Below, piece after piece: positions 38,554-48,133 of a stretch of DNA of 64,000 nucleotides; position 1 is the first letter of the stretch; the number at the start of each line of letters is the position of its first letter. Source of the stretch: Tabrizicola sp. YIM 78059 (lineage in GTDB: Bacteria; Cyanobacteriota; Cyanobacteriia; PCC-6307; Cyanobiaceae); the NCBI GenBank assembly GCA_943367815.1, contig CALRKA020000011.1, forward strand, positions 633 to 64,632. Direction: 5' to 3'. Made by a program: the position numbers and the translations under genes. The notes below the pieces were generated by a model. The model was not told the origin of the DNA. It was given only the letters and a program-made list of their open reading frames with translations, and did no database searches.

Positions 38554-41500
38554 CCGTCGCCGGCGGCGGCCCCTCCGGGCCCGAGCGCTTCGAGGCCAAC
38601 GGCGTCGCCCTCGATGACGGTGTCGTGCTGCTGGAGGCCAGCGCCGGCACCGGCAAGACCTTCGCCCTGGCCCATCTGGTCTTGCGGCTCCTGGCCGAGA
38701 AGCGGCTGGGCCTGCGGGAACTGCTGGTGGTGACCTACACCAACGCGGCGGCGGCGGAACTGCGCGATCGCATCGGCCGGCGGCTCCAGGAGGCCCTCAC
38801 CGGCCTCCAGGCCCCCGCCGGCTGGACGGCCCCCGATCCGGTGCTGGCCGAATGGCTGGAGCGCCAGCCGGATGAGCCCGGCGCCCGCGGCACGGTGCAG
38901 GGCCTGCTGCTGCTGGCCCTCGAGGAGCTCGACGCCGCCGACATCACCACCATCCACGGCTTCTGCCAGCGCACCCTGCGGCGCCACGCCATGGAGGCCG
39001 CCCGCCCCCCCGAGCTGACGCTGGAGACCGACGCCGCCGACCTGGTGCGCCAGGTCGCGCACGACTACTGGCAGCAGCAGGTGCTGGCCCTTCCCCTGCA
39101 TCTGGTGAGGGGGCTGGCGGAGCGCATCGGCCTGGGGGATCTGGAGCGGCTGCTGGTGCAGCTCGATGGCGACCCCGGCCTGGCCCTCGATCCCCTGCCG
39201 GCGGGCCTGGGCCTGGAGCGGCCGCTGGCCGAGCAGCTGACGGCGCTCTGGGAGGAGCCCTGGGCACGGTTCCGGCAGGCCTGGTCGGCCGGGGGCCGCG
39301 ACCTGGAGCAGGCCTTCCGCGCCGCCGCCACCGAATGGCGGGCCGCCGGGGCCAGCGCCACCGCCCCCTATGCCGTCAAGCCCCGAAGTGATCGCAGCGA
39401 GCTGGTCGACGCCTGGCTCACCCAACAGCCCGAGGACGGCAGCTACGCCGCCCTGGTGGCCCAGAAGGAACTGGGGTCGTACTTTCACCCCGACCCCTTC
39501 TGCCGGGCGGCCCGCAAGGCGGAAGGTGCGGAGCGGGAGATCCTGCTGCCCGGCCCCGGGCTCCTGGAGGCGGTGGCCGCCGTGCGGGAGGGTCCGGCGG
39601 AGGCGGTGCTGCTGCATGGCTGCCACTGGGGGCGGGCCGAGCTGGCCCGGCGCCGGGCCCGCAGCGGCCGCATCGGCTTCGCCCAGCTGCTGGAGGGGCT
39701 CGACCCCGGCCCGGACACCACGGCCCCCACCCCCCTGCTGCGGGCGGTGGGGCAGCGCTACAGGGCCGCCTTGATCGATGAATTCCAGGACACGGACCCG
39801 GTCCAGTGGCGGATCCTGCGGCTGGCCTTCCCCGGCGACGCCCATCTGCTGGTGATGGTGGGGGATCCGAAGCAGGCCATCTACCGCTTCCGCGGCGGCG
39901 ACCTGGACACCTACCGGCTGGCCCGCCGCAGCGCGGCGCGGGTGCTGGCGCTGCAGGAGAACCGCCGGTCCAGTCCGGCGCTGATCGAGAGCCTCAACGG
40001 CCTGATGGCGCCGGCGGGCCTGCCCCGTTCCGGCCTGCCGGTGCCGGCGGTGCTGGCCCGGTCACGGCGGAGCGGGCCCGACGGCATGGCGCCGGTGCGC
40101 CTGCTCTGGCTGGGGGGCGAGCGGGGGGCGGGCGATTCCCTGCCGAGCCGGGGCGTGCTGGAGGCCCGCCTGCCCGCCCTGGTGGCCGACGCCGTGCTGG
40201 AGCTGCTGGAGCAGGCCCCCGCCCTGATAGCGGGCGACGGGCGGCCGCCCTGCCCCCTGCGGGCCGGCGACATCGCCCTGCTGGTCCACAACCACCGCCA
40301 GGCGGAGGAACTGCGCAGCGCCCTGGAGCGGCGGCAGATCGCCAGCCGGCTGGTGAGCAAGGCCGACGTGTTCGCCAGCCCGGCCGCCACCGCCCTGCAG
40401 CGGCTGCTCGATGCCCTCGCCGATCCGGCCGATCCCGGCCGCCTGCGGCTGCTGGCCGCCTCCCCCCTGCTCGGCTGGTCGGCACGGCGGATCGCCGAAG
40501 CCGCACCGGCCGAGTGGAGCGAACTGGCCGGCCGGCTCCAGGCCCTGGCCCGGGACCTGCCCCATCAGGGACCGCTCGGGGTGCTGTCGCAGCTGTTGGA
40601 CGGGGAGGGGCTGGCCCGGCTGAGCGTCAGCGGCCGGCTGCTGGCCGACCTGCAGCAGGTGGCCGAACTGCTCCAGGAGCGGCTGCACATCGAACGACTC
40701 TCTCTGGTGGCCGCCGCCGACTGGCTGCGGCGCCTGCGCCTCGACCAGACCCGCGCCAGCGGCACCATCCCGGAGTCGCACCAGGCCCACAGCGACAAGG
40801 CCGATGAGGCGGTGACGGTGATCACGGTGCACCGCAGCAAGGGACTGGAGTTCCCCGTGGTGATCTGTCCCTACCTGTGGCAGGCGGCCGGCACACCCCC
40901 CGCCGGCGGCCACCGGGTGGGCCTCCGCTGGCATCCCGCCGGCGGCGCCGGCGCCCGCCTCGACCTCCACCTCCGTCCTGCCTGGGGACGGGGATGGCAG
41001 GCGCTTCGCCAGCACCGGGATGCGGAACGGGCCGAGCGGGAGCGGCTGGCCTACGTGGCCGTCACCCGGGCCCAGCACCTGCTGCTGCTCGCCTGGGGGC
41101 CGGCGAAGGGCCAGCAGGCCAACCCCCTGTTTCCCTGGCTCTTCCCTGACGAGCCCCTCCCCGACCCCGAGGACGATGGCCCCATCGCCGGGCGAAGCGA
41201 CGGGGACTGGCACACGGGGCTGCTGGCGGAGATCGACCGGCGGGCCCTGGGGCTCGAGCTGCGCCAGGTCGCCGCGGAGCCGGGCGCCCCCCGCACGCTG
41301 GCGCCGGCACCGGCGGCGGTCGACGCCCTGCGCTGCGGGCCGGTGCCCCGGCGCCCGCTGGACACGAGCTGGAGCCGCAGCAGCTACACGGGCTGGACCC
41401 GCGCCGCCCACGGCGCCGCCGTCTCGGAGGCGGCCCTCGACGAAGGGCGCGACACCAGCGATCCCAGCCCCGATGGCGAGGCCCCGGAAGGGGGCGACGC

Positions 41501-42356
41501 GGCCCTGTGGCCGGAGCAGGGTCCCCTGGCCGACTTCGCCCGCGGTCCGGGGGCCGGGGACTGTCTGCACCGGATGCTGGAGCAGCTGGACTACCGGCTT
41601 CCCACCGACACGCCCGCCAGCCGGGAGCTGGTGGAACGGGAGCTGCGCCGGGCCGGGCTGGAGGCGGAAGCGGTGGAGCCGCTGCTGCTGGGCTTGGAGC
41701 AGGTGCGCCTCACCCCCTTCGGCGGCGGGCTGGGGTCCCTGCGGGTGGCCGATCTGGGGCCGGAGCGCCGGCTCAACGAACTCAGCTTCGACCTCACCCT
41801 CGGCTTCGCAAGGGCGGCGGAGCTGGCGGCGGCCTTCGCGGACCATCCCGGTGGTGCCTTCGGTGCCGCCTACGCCACCACCGTGGGGAGCCTGCCGGTG
41901 GCCAGCCGCGGCTTCCTCACCGGCTCGATCGATCTGGTCTTCACCGCCAGCGATGCCGATGGCGAGGAGCGCTGGTGGGTGGCCGACTGGAAGAGCAACT
42001 GGCTGGGACGGCGGGACGGCGAGGGCAGGCCCCTGGCCTGCGGCCCCCGCCACTACGGCCAGGAGGCGATGGCCGCCCTGATGGCCCAGAGCCACTACCC
42101 CCTCCAGGCCCACCTCTATCTGGTGGCCCTGCACCGTTACCTGGCCTGGCGCCTGCCCGGCTACGACCCCGAGCGCCATCTGGGGGGGTACGCCTACGTC
42201 TTCCTGCGCGGGGCGCCCGGGGAAGCGGGGCCGCAGGCCCCGGGCGGAGCGGTGCCGGGCATGTTCGTGGAGCGCCCGCCCCTGGGCAGGCTGCTGGCCC
42301 TCGATGGGGCCCTGGGCGGCCACGCCGCGGCCGGCGCCGCCGGGGGGGCGCCATGA
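38550..42356 (+). CDS. recB: exodeoxyribonuclease V subunit beta
   Basis: EASAGTGKT, IDEFQDTD, GDPKQAIYRFRG, TVHRSKGLE, YVAVTRA; nuclease GSIDLVF..ADWKSN. Confidence 0.95.
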   Translation: MTVAGGGPSGPERFEANGVALDDGVVLLEASAGTGKTFALAHLVLRLLAEKRLGLRELLVVTYTNAAAAELRDRIGRRLQEALTGLQAPAGWTAPDPVLAEWLERQPDEPGARGTVQGLLLLALEELDAADITTIHGFCQRTLRRHAMEAARPPELTLETDAADLVRQVAHDYWQQQVLALPLHLVRGLAERIGLGDLERLLVQLDGDPGLALDPLPAGLGLERPLAEQLTALWEEPWARFRQAWSAGGRDLEQAFRAAATEWRAAGASATAPYAVKPRSDRSELVDAWLTQQPEDGSYAALVAQKELGSYFHPDPFCRAARKAEGAEREILLPGPGLLEAVAAVREGPAEAVLLHGCHWGRAELARRRARSGRIGFAQLLEGLDPGPDTTAPTPLLRAVGQRYRAALIDEFQDTDPVQWRILRLAFPGDAHLLVMVGDPKQAIYRFRGGDLDTYRLARRSAARVLALQENRRSSPALIESLNGLMAPAGLPRSGLPVPAVLARSRRSGPDGMAPVRLLWLGGERGAGDSLPSRGVLEARLPALVADAVLELLEQAPALIAGDGRPPCPLRAGDIALLVHNHRQAEELRSALERRQIASRLVSKADVFASPAATALQRLLDALADPADPGRLRLLAASPLLGWSARRIAEAAPAEWSELAGRLQALARDLPHQGPLGVLSQLLDGEGLARLSVSGRLLADLQQVAELLQERLHIERLSLVAAADWLRRLRLDQTRASGTIPESHQAHSDKADEAVTVITVHRSKGLEFPVVICPYLWQAAGTPPAGGHRVGLRWHPAGGAGARLDLHLRPAWGRGWQALRQHRDAERAERERLAYVAVTRAQHLLLLAWGPAKGQQANPLFPWLFPDEPLPDPEDDGPIAGRSDGDWHTGLLAEIDRRALGLELRQVAAEPGAPRTLAPAPAAVDALRCGPVPRRPLDTSWSRSSYTGWTRAAHGAAVSEAALDEGRDTSDPSPDGEAPEGGDAALWPEQGPLADFARGPGAGDCLHRMLEQLDYRLPTDTPASRELVERELRRAGLEAEAVEPLLLGLEQVRLTPFGGGLGSLRVADLGPERRLNELSFDLTLGFARAAELAAAFADHPGGAFGAAYATTVGSLPVASRGFLTGSIDLVFTASDADGEERWWVADWKSNWLGRRDGEGRPLACGPRHYGQEAMAALMAQSHYPLQAHLYLVALHRYLAWRLPGYDPERHLGGYAYVFLRGAPGEAGPQAPGGAVPGMFVERPPLGRLLALDGALGGHAAAGAAGGAP

Positions 42357-44014
42357 GGGACCCCCTCCTGCCCACCCCCCAGCCCTGGGTGGCAGCCCTG
42401 GCCCTCGGCCTGGCCGAAGCCCTGCCCCGTCTCCATGGCACCCCCGCCGATCCCCTGATCGGCGAGCTGATCGCCGCCCTCACCGCGGCCCTGGCTCGGG
42501 GCGAGCTGGAGCTGGACCTGCGGGGCCCGAGACCGGCGGAGGTGAGCGAAGGACCCTGGCCGGAAGGCCACCGCCGGGCCCTGGCGGCCAGTCCGCTCTG
42601 CGCCGACCCGGACGGGCCCCTGGCCCTGGAGGACGACCAGCTCCAGTGGCGCCGCTGGCAGCGGCAGCGGCAGACGGTGATCGGGGCCCTGATCGCCCGC
42701 GCCGGGGCCCTCGAGCCGGGCGCCGCCGGCGAGGTGCCCGGCTCGCCGGCCCCCGACGCGGCGGAGACCGGAGCCCCCCGGAACCTCGATGCCCGGCAGC
42801 GCCAGGCGGTGGCGGCGGTGCTCAGCCACGGACTGGTGCTCCTGGAGGGGGGACCCGGCACCGGCAAGACCAGCACGGTGGCGGCGATGATCGCGGCCCA
42901 CCGGGCAAGCCAGCCCGACGCCCGCGTCCATCTGGCGGCGCCCACCGGCAAGGCGGCGGGTCGCCTGCGGACCGCCACCGGGGGCACCCTTCCCTGCACC
43001 ACCCTGCACCGGCTGCTGGAAAGCCGCGGCGACCGTTTCGGCCGCCACCGCGGCCGGCCCCTCGACCTGGACCTGCTGGTGGTGGATGAGGTCTCGATGG
43101 TGGATCTGGGCCTGATGGGCGCCCTGCTGGAGGCCCTGCCCAGCGCCTGTCGGCTGGTGCTGGTGGGCGACCCGGCCCAGCTGCCGCCGATCGCCCCCGG
43201 GGCCGTGCTGCAGGAACTGCAGCGGCCCGAACACCGCCGCCGGCTGGGGGCCGCCGCCATCACCCTGACCACCACCTACCGCAACGCCGGTGCGATCGCC
43301 GCCGTGGCCGCCGCCTTGCGCCAGGGGCTGGGAGCCGCCCCCGGCCCGCAGGATCCGGATCCGATCGTCGCCATCCGCCCCCTGCTGCAGGCCCTGGGGA
43401 GCACCGACAACCTGCGCTGGCGCCCCTGCTCCCCCCGGACCCTGCCGGCGGAGCTGCTGGAGCGGCTGCGCCGCCACCAGGCCGAGCTGGCCCGGCTGGC
43501 GGGGCGCTGCCGGCCGGGCTCCGAGCAGGGATGCCGGGCGCTGCTGGCCGAGCGGGACCGCCTGCTGGTGATGGCCCCCCAGCGCCAGGGCCGCTGGGGC
43601 CTGGAGGCGATCCACCGGACCCTGCTGGGGGGCCGTCGGGACGGCGATCTACAGGATCTCCCCCCGGGCACCCCCGTTCTCTGCCGCCGCAACCTGCCGG
43701 AACTGGACCTGGCCAACGGGGATGTGGGTGTGCTCGTGGGTGGTCCCGGGCCCTCGGCCCGCCTGCTGTTCGGGGACGGGGAGGGGGAGCTGCTCTGGAT
43801 CCACCCCGGCCAGCTGGCCGGCGCCGCCGAACCAGCCCTGGCCCTGACGGTGCACAAGGCCCAGGGAAGCGAAGCCGAGGAGGTGATCGTGCTGCTGCCC
43901 AACAACGCGGCCCGCGACGGGCGGCTGCTCTACACCGCCCTGACCCGGGCGCGACAGGGGGCCCTGCTGCTCAGCGATGGGGAGGACGGGGCCGCGGCCG
44001 GGGAGGTGCCGTAA
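42353..44014 (+). CDS. recD: exodeoxyribonuclease V subunit alpha
   Basis: GGPGTGKT, APTGKAA, TLHRLL, VDEVSM, GDPAQL, TVHKAQGSE, LYTALTRA. Confidence 0.93.
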   Translation: MRDPLLPTPQPWVAALALGLAEALPRLHGTPADPLIGELIAALTAALARGELELDLRGPRPAEVSEGPWPEGHRRALAASPLCADPDGPLALEDDQLQWRRWQRQRQTVIGALIARAGALEPGAAGEVPGSPAPDAAETGAPRNLDARQRQAVAAVLSHGLVLLEGGPGTGKTSTVAAMIAAHRASQPDARVHLAAPTGKAAGRLRTATGGTLPCTTLHRLLESRGDRFGRHRGRPLDLDLLVVDEVSMVDLGLMGALLEALPSACRLVLVGDPAQLPPIAPGAVLQELQRPEHRRRLGAAAITLTTTYRNAGAIAAVAAALRQGLGAAPGPQDPDPIVAIRPLLQALGSTDNLRWRPCSPRTLPAELLERLRRHQAELARLAGRCRPGSEQGCRALLAERDRLLVMAPQRQGRWGLEAIHRTLLGGRRDGDLQDLPPGTPVLCRRNLPELDLANGDVGVLVGGPGPSARLLFGDGEGELLWIHPGQLAGAAEPALALTVHKAQGSEAEEVIVLLPNNAARDGRLLYTALTRARQGALLLSDGEDGAAAGEVP

Positions 44015-44304
44015 GGCTTCTTCATTCATCGCCACAGCCGGCAATGTGTCTACGAAAAGTGAACCGGACGGGGGTAGCTCCGACCCCCGTTCCATACTTC
44101 GTCCATCGGCACGGTTCCCCCGGGCCGAACGCACCGGAGCCCCTGCTCCAATAGTCTCCACCTCTGGGATCTCTCCCTTTTCGGGAGCCCCTCGATTCCT
44201 TGAGTCCCCTCTTGAGGAATGCCCTCTTGCATCGTCACGAAGGCGCGAACCGGCCCCACCGGATCAACCCCTTCAGGTGCCCCGAGGTCAACAGGGACAA
44301 CCCC

Positions 44305-44448
44305 ATGGATTCCCTGGCCCCAGGTGGTTCCGGTCAGTCTTTTTTCCCATCCCCACTCCCCTCTCCGCCCGCCATCGTTTCGCACTCGCTGACCGTGCCG
44401 CTGAAGGTGCCTCTGTCTGCGATCCCTGCAGAGCGATGCGATGACTGA
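44305..44448 (+). CDS. candidate 47-aa small protein
   Basis: ATG preceded by AGGGA; stop overlaps the cupin start by 8 nt; no family recognised. Confidence 0.35.
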   Translation: MDSLAPGGSGQSFFPSPLPSPPAIVSHSLTVPLKVPLSAIPAERCDD

Positions 44449-44803
44449 GCGGACCCAGCGACCCTGGGGATGGTTTGAGACCCTCGCCACAGGCCCCGGC
44501 TATCTCGTCAAGCGGCTGCGGATCACGGCGGGTCAGCGCATCAGCCTCCAGCGCCACCGCCAGCGCAGCGAGCACTGGGTGGTCGTGGGTGGCGAGGGGT
44601 TGATGGAAGCCGACGGCGGCTGCATCACCGCCTGCCCTGGCGCCACCCTGTTCGTCCCCCAGGGGGGCCTGCACCGGGCGTCGGCCGGAGCCACCGACCT
44701 GGAGATCATCGAGGTGCAGCTGGGCGAGGTGCTGCGGGAGGAGGACATCGAGCGTTTCGACGACGATTACGGCCGGGTGGTAAAGTCTCATTTCAACCTT
44801 TGA
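44441..44803 (+). CDS. mannose-6-phosphate isomerase type II C-terminal cupin protein
   Basis: RPWGWF, SLQRH..RSEHWVVV, EVQLG..L.EEDIERFDDDYGR. Confidence 0.9.
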   Translation: MTERTQRPWGWFETLATGPGYLVKRLRITAGQRISLQRHRQRSEHWVVVGGEGLMEADGGCITACPGATLFVPQGGLHRASAGATDLEIIEVQLGEVLREEDIERFDDDYGRVVKSHFNL

Positions 44804-44895
44804 GCAAGGGCAAGGCAGCCCGGGTGCAAGGCACCCATCTCCAACGGTCCGCTGCCGGCCTGCGTTGAAAAGGATTCACCAGGCTCCCGCATCCC

Positions 44896-46824
44896 GTGAC
44901 CCAGATCATTGACGGCAGCACCCTCGTCGGTGCTGTCGATTCCCAGGCGGCCTTCGCGCTGCCCTGCGAGGACGTGACGGCGTCCTCCTCCGTTTCCCTG
45001 GAGAGCGCCACCGACCTCAATCTCCCCGAAGGGCCGGACTCCGCCTCGCCGCAGGCCGCCATCGCTTCCGATGAGGCCGCCCCGGAAACGGCCCCCTCCG
45101 CAACGGCAGGCCCCGAAACGACAGCCCCAATCAGCGCCTTCGCCGCCTTCGGCCTGCGCCGGGAGCTGCTGGATGGCCTGGCGGCCATCGGCTTCGAAGA
45201 GCCTTCGCCGATCCAGAAGGCCGCCATCCCCGAGCTGATGCTCGGCCGCGACCTGGTGGGCCAGGCCCAGACCGGCACGGGCAAGACGGCCGCCTTTGGC
45301 CTTCCCCTGCTGGAGCGCCTCGATCCCGGCCAGCGCACCCCCCAGGTGCTCGTGCTCACCCCCACCCGCGAACTGGCGATGCAGGTGGCGGAGGCCTTCA
45401 ACAGCTACGCGGCCTGCATGAAGGGCGTCAAGGTGCTGCCCGTCTACGGCGGCGCCGACTTCCGCGACCAGATCCAGCAGCTGCGCCGGGGCGTGCAGAT
45501 CGTCGTGGGCACCCCCGGCCGTGTGATGGACCACATGCGCCAGGGCACCCTCGACCTCTCCGGCCTGCGCAGCCTGGTGCTGGACGAGGCCGACGAGATG
45601 CTGCGCATGGGCTTCATCGACGACGTCAAGTGGGTGCTTGAGCAGCTTCCCGCCGAGCGTCAGGTGGTGCTGTTCTCCGCCACCATGCCTCCGGAGATCC
45701 GGCGGATCTCCCAGAACCATCTGAAGGACCCCGCGGAGGTCACCATCCGCCAGAAGGCCGCCGACGGTCGCCGCATCCGCCAGCGGCACCTGGTGGTCAA
45801 CGGCCCCCAGAAGCTCGAGGCCCTCGAACGGGTGCTGGAAGCCGAAGGCAGCGAAGGGGTGATCATCTTCGCCCGCACCAAGGCCATCACCCTCACCGTG
45901 GCCGAGTCCCTTGAGCAGCACGGCTACGACGTGGCGGTGCTCAACGGCGACGTTCCCCAGACCCAGCGGGAACGCACCATCGAGCGTCTGCGGGATGGCC
46001 GGGTCAATGTGCTGGTGGCCACGGACGTGGCCGCCCGGGGGCTCGACGTCGACCGCATCGGCCTGGTCATCAACTACGACATCCCCTTCGACGGGGAGGC
46101 CTACGTGCACCGCATCGGCCGCACCGGCCGCGCCGGGCGCAGCGGTGAGGCGATCCTGTTCCTCACGCCGCGGGAGCGACGCTTCCTCGGGGGTCTGGAG
46201 CGTGCCGTGAACCAGCCCATCGAAGCGATGGAGGTGCCCGGCAACGCCAGCATCAACCAGCACCGCCTCGACCGTCTGCGCCAGAAACTCACCACCGTCC
46301 TCCAGCAGCCCGCCTGCAATCCCGAGGAGCGGGCCCTGCTGGGCGAGATCCTGCAGCGGGTCGCCCAGGAGCAGGCCTGCACACCCGACCAGCTGGCCCT
46401 GGCCGCCCTGGAGCTCGGACTGGGGGGCAAACCCCTGCTGCTGCAGGGCGAGGAGCGCTGGGGCCAGGGCCGTGCCGGCGCCCCCACCAGGGACCGCGAC
46501 CGGGACCGGGGTGAGCGCGACCGGGGCGGCGATCGCCGCCCCTTCAACGACCGTCACCAGGAACGCGGCGAGGACGGTCCCGAGGACAACATGGAACGGT
46601 TCCGAATCGAGGTGGGCTGGCGGGATCGGGTCAAGCCCGGCAACATTGTCGGCGCCATCGCCAATGAGTCCGGCCTGGCCGGACGATCGATCGGGAAGAT
46701 CCGCATCTTCGACGCCCACAGCACCGTCGACCTGCCCAAGGGCATGCCCGACGACGTTTTCGCGGACCTGCGTCGCCTGCGGGTGATGAACAAGGAGCTT
46801 CAGATTTCCCGACTGGGCTCCTGA
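44896..46824 (+). CDS. deaD: DEAD-box RNA helicase DeaD/CsdA with DbpA C-terminal domain
   Basis: AQTGTGKT, PTRELA, TPGR, DEAD, SAT, ARGLD, HRIGRTGR; C-terminal VKPGNIVGAIANE. Confidence 0.93.
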   Translation: MTQIIDGSTLVGAVDSQAAFALPCEDVTASSSVSLESATDLNLPEGPDSASPQAAIASDEAAPETAPSATAGPETTAPISAFAAFGLRRELLDGLAAIGFEEPSPIQKAAIPELMLGRDLVGQAQTGTGKTAAFGLPLLERLDPGQRTPQVLVLTPTRELAMQVAEAFNSYAACMKGVKVLPVYGGADFRDQIQQLRRGVQIVVGTPGRVMDHMRQGTLDLSGLRSLVLDEADEMLRMGFIDDVKWVLEQLPAERQVVLFSATMPPEIRRISQNHLKDPAEVTIRQKAADGRRIRQRHLVVNGPQKLEALERVLEAEGSEGVIIFARTKAITLTVAESLEQHGYDVAVLNGDVPQTQRERTIERLRDGRVNVLVATDVAARGLDVDRIGLVINYDIPFDGEAYVHRIGRTGRAGRSGEAILFLTPRERRFLGGLERAVNQPIEAMEVPGNASINQHRLDRLRQKLTTVLQQPACNPEERALLGEILQRVAQEQACTPDQLALAALELGLGGKPLLLQGEERWGQGRAGAPTRDRDRDRGERDRGGDRRPFNDRHQERGEDGPEDNMERFRIEVGWRDRVKPGNIVGAIANESGLAGRSIGKIRIFDAHSTVDLPKGMPDDVFADLRRLRVMNKELQISRLGS

Positions 46825-46858
46825 ATCCCCTCACCGGCGCTCCTCACGCCAGTTCCCC

Positions 46859-47188
46859 ATGCCTTCCCAGCAGCGGCCCCCTTGGCCTTCTCTCCGTTCC
46901 CGGCGCCTGCCGGGCCTGGCCGGGCTGATCCTCGGCGTGGTGGCTCTGGCGGCCTTCGGGCCGCTGGAGCGGCCGGCTGAAGCGGCCTCCGGCCCCATCC
47001 TCGAGGTGGTGCGCTCCATCTGCCTCTCCGCCTTCGAGACGGAGCTGACCAAGTCCGGCAAGACGGCCCCGGACGGGATGGCCAGCTTTGCCTGCAACTG
47101 TGTGGCCGATCGCATCTCCAGCGGCAGCAGCATCGCTTCGGCCCGCAGCAGCTGCCGGGACGCCACCTCGAAGCGCTACCCGATCTGA
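46859..47188 (+). CDS. small secreted 4-Cys hypothetical protein
   Basis: Signal peptide ending AEA/A; ICL, ACNCV, SCR. Confidence 0.7.
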   Translation: MPSQQRPPWPSLRSRRLPGLAGLILGVVALAAFGPLERPAEAASGPILEVVRSICLSAFETELTKSGKTAPDGMASFACNCVADRISSGSSIASARSSCRDATSKRYPI

Positions 47189-47230
47189 AGCCCGATCAGG
47201 CGCCTGACCCACAGGCGCCCGGAGAGCCCC

Positions 47231-47464
47231 TCAGGCGCACAGGCGGGTGACCTGCTCACAGGCCGTCACCTGGAGCTCGCTCAACGAGAGCTGCTCCACG
47301 GCGGAGATCAGGGTCATCTGGACCTCGTGACTTTCGCTCGCCACCAGGACCTGCAGCAGGTCGAACAGATCCTGGGAACCGAGCTCTCCATCCTCACCCC
47401 AGGTGAGGCTCCAGGGCACAGGGGCGGCTTTCATGGGATCAACTGGATCAGGGTTTGCTGACAA
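47231..47464 (-). CDS. small hypothetical protein
   Basis: 77 aa ORF (W.LTW..DGEL...D..DLL..L). Confidence 0.5.
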   Translation of the reverse strand: MSANPDPVDPMKAAPVPWSLTWGEDGELGSQDLFDLLQVLVASESHEVQMTLISAVEQLSLSELQVTACEQVTRLCA

Positions 47465-47719
47465 TGGAGCGGCACGGGCGGGGGTGGGGAGATTTTTTTG
47501 TTTTCCTTCGCATCTGCTTCAAGCTTCGCCATGGAGCCCCGAGGCACGGTTGTAGGCTGCGGGGAATTCCATGCCGCTCTGGCTCCCTTCGGCACGCATC
47601 GACGGCTCAGGCCCAACAGAACCGGACCCACCCATGGGACCGTTCTGAGCTCCATGCCGACCGCCTGCTTTCCCTGGGATTCCCGACACCGGAGGAATCC
47701 GTTCCAGCTTTTTCATTGA

Positions 47720-48133
47720 ATGACCATCTACGTCGGCAACCTCTCGTTCCAGGCCGAACGCGAGGACCTTCTCGATCTCTTCGGCCAGTACGGCGAGGTC
47801 CGTCAGTGCAGCCTGCCCCTCGACCGTGAGACCGGCCGCAAGCGCGGCTTCGCCTTCATCGAACTCGCCGACGATGCGTCCGAGCAGAAGGCCATCGACG
47901 ACCTTCAGGACGTCGAATGGATGGGTCGCATGATCCGCGTGAACAAAGCCACACCCCGTGAGGGCGGCGGTGGCGGTGGCGGTGGTCGCTCCGGCGGCGG
48001 CGGCGGCTACGGCGGCGGCGGTGGCGGTCGCCCCGGTGGCGGCGGTGGCCGCTCCGGTGGTGGCGGCTACGGCGGCGGCGGCGGCGGTGGTGGTTACGGC
48101 GGCGGTGGCGGCGGCGGTGGCAATCGCTGGTGA
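47720..48133 (+). CDS. RRM RNA-binding protein with Gly-rich tail (Rbp)
   Basis: RNP2 IYVGNL, RNP1 RGFAFIEL; Gly/Tyr/Arg tail. Confidence 0.95.
   Translation: MTIYVGNLSFQAEREDLLDLFGQYGEVRQCSLPLDRETGRKRGFAFIELADDASEQKAIDDLQDVEWMGRMIRVNKATPREGGGGGGGGRSGGGGGYGGGGGGRPGGGGGRSGGGGYGGGGGGGGYGGGGGGGGNRW

Noticed and set aside
35887-42323. Long minus-strand ORFs (842 aa, 545 aa, 753 aa) over recC/recB
   Set aside because: Antisense shadows caused by GC-rich codon bias.
47963-48120. GGC-rich tandem repeats
   Set aside because: They simply encode the known Gly-rich tail of Rbp.
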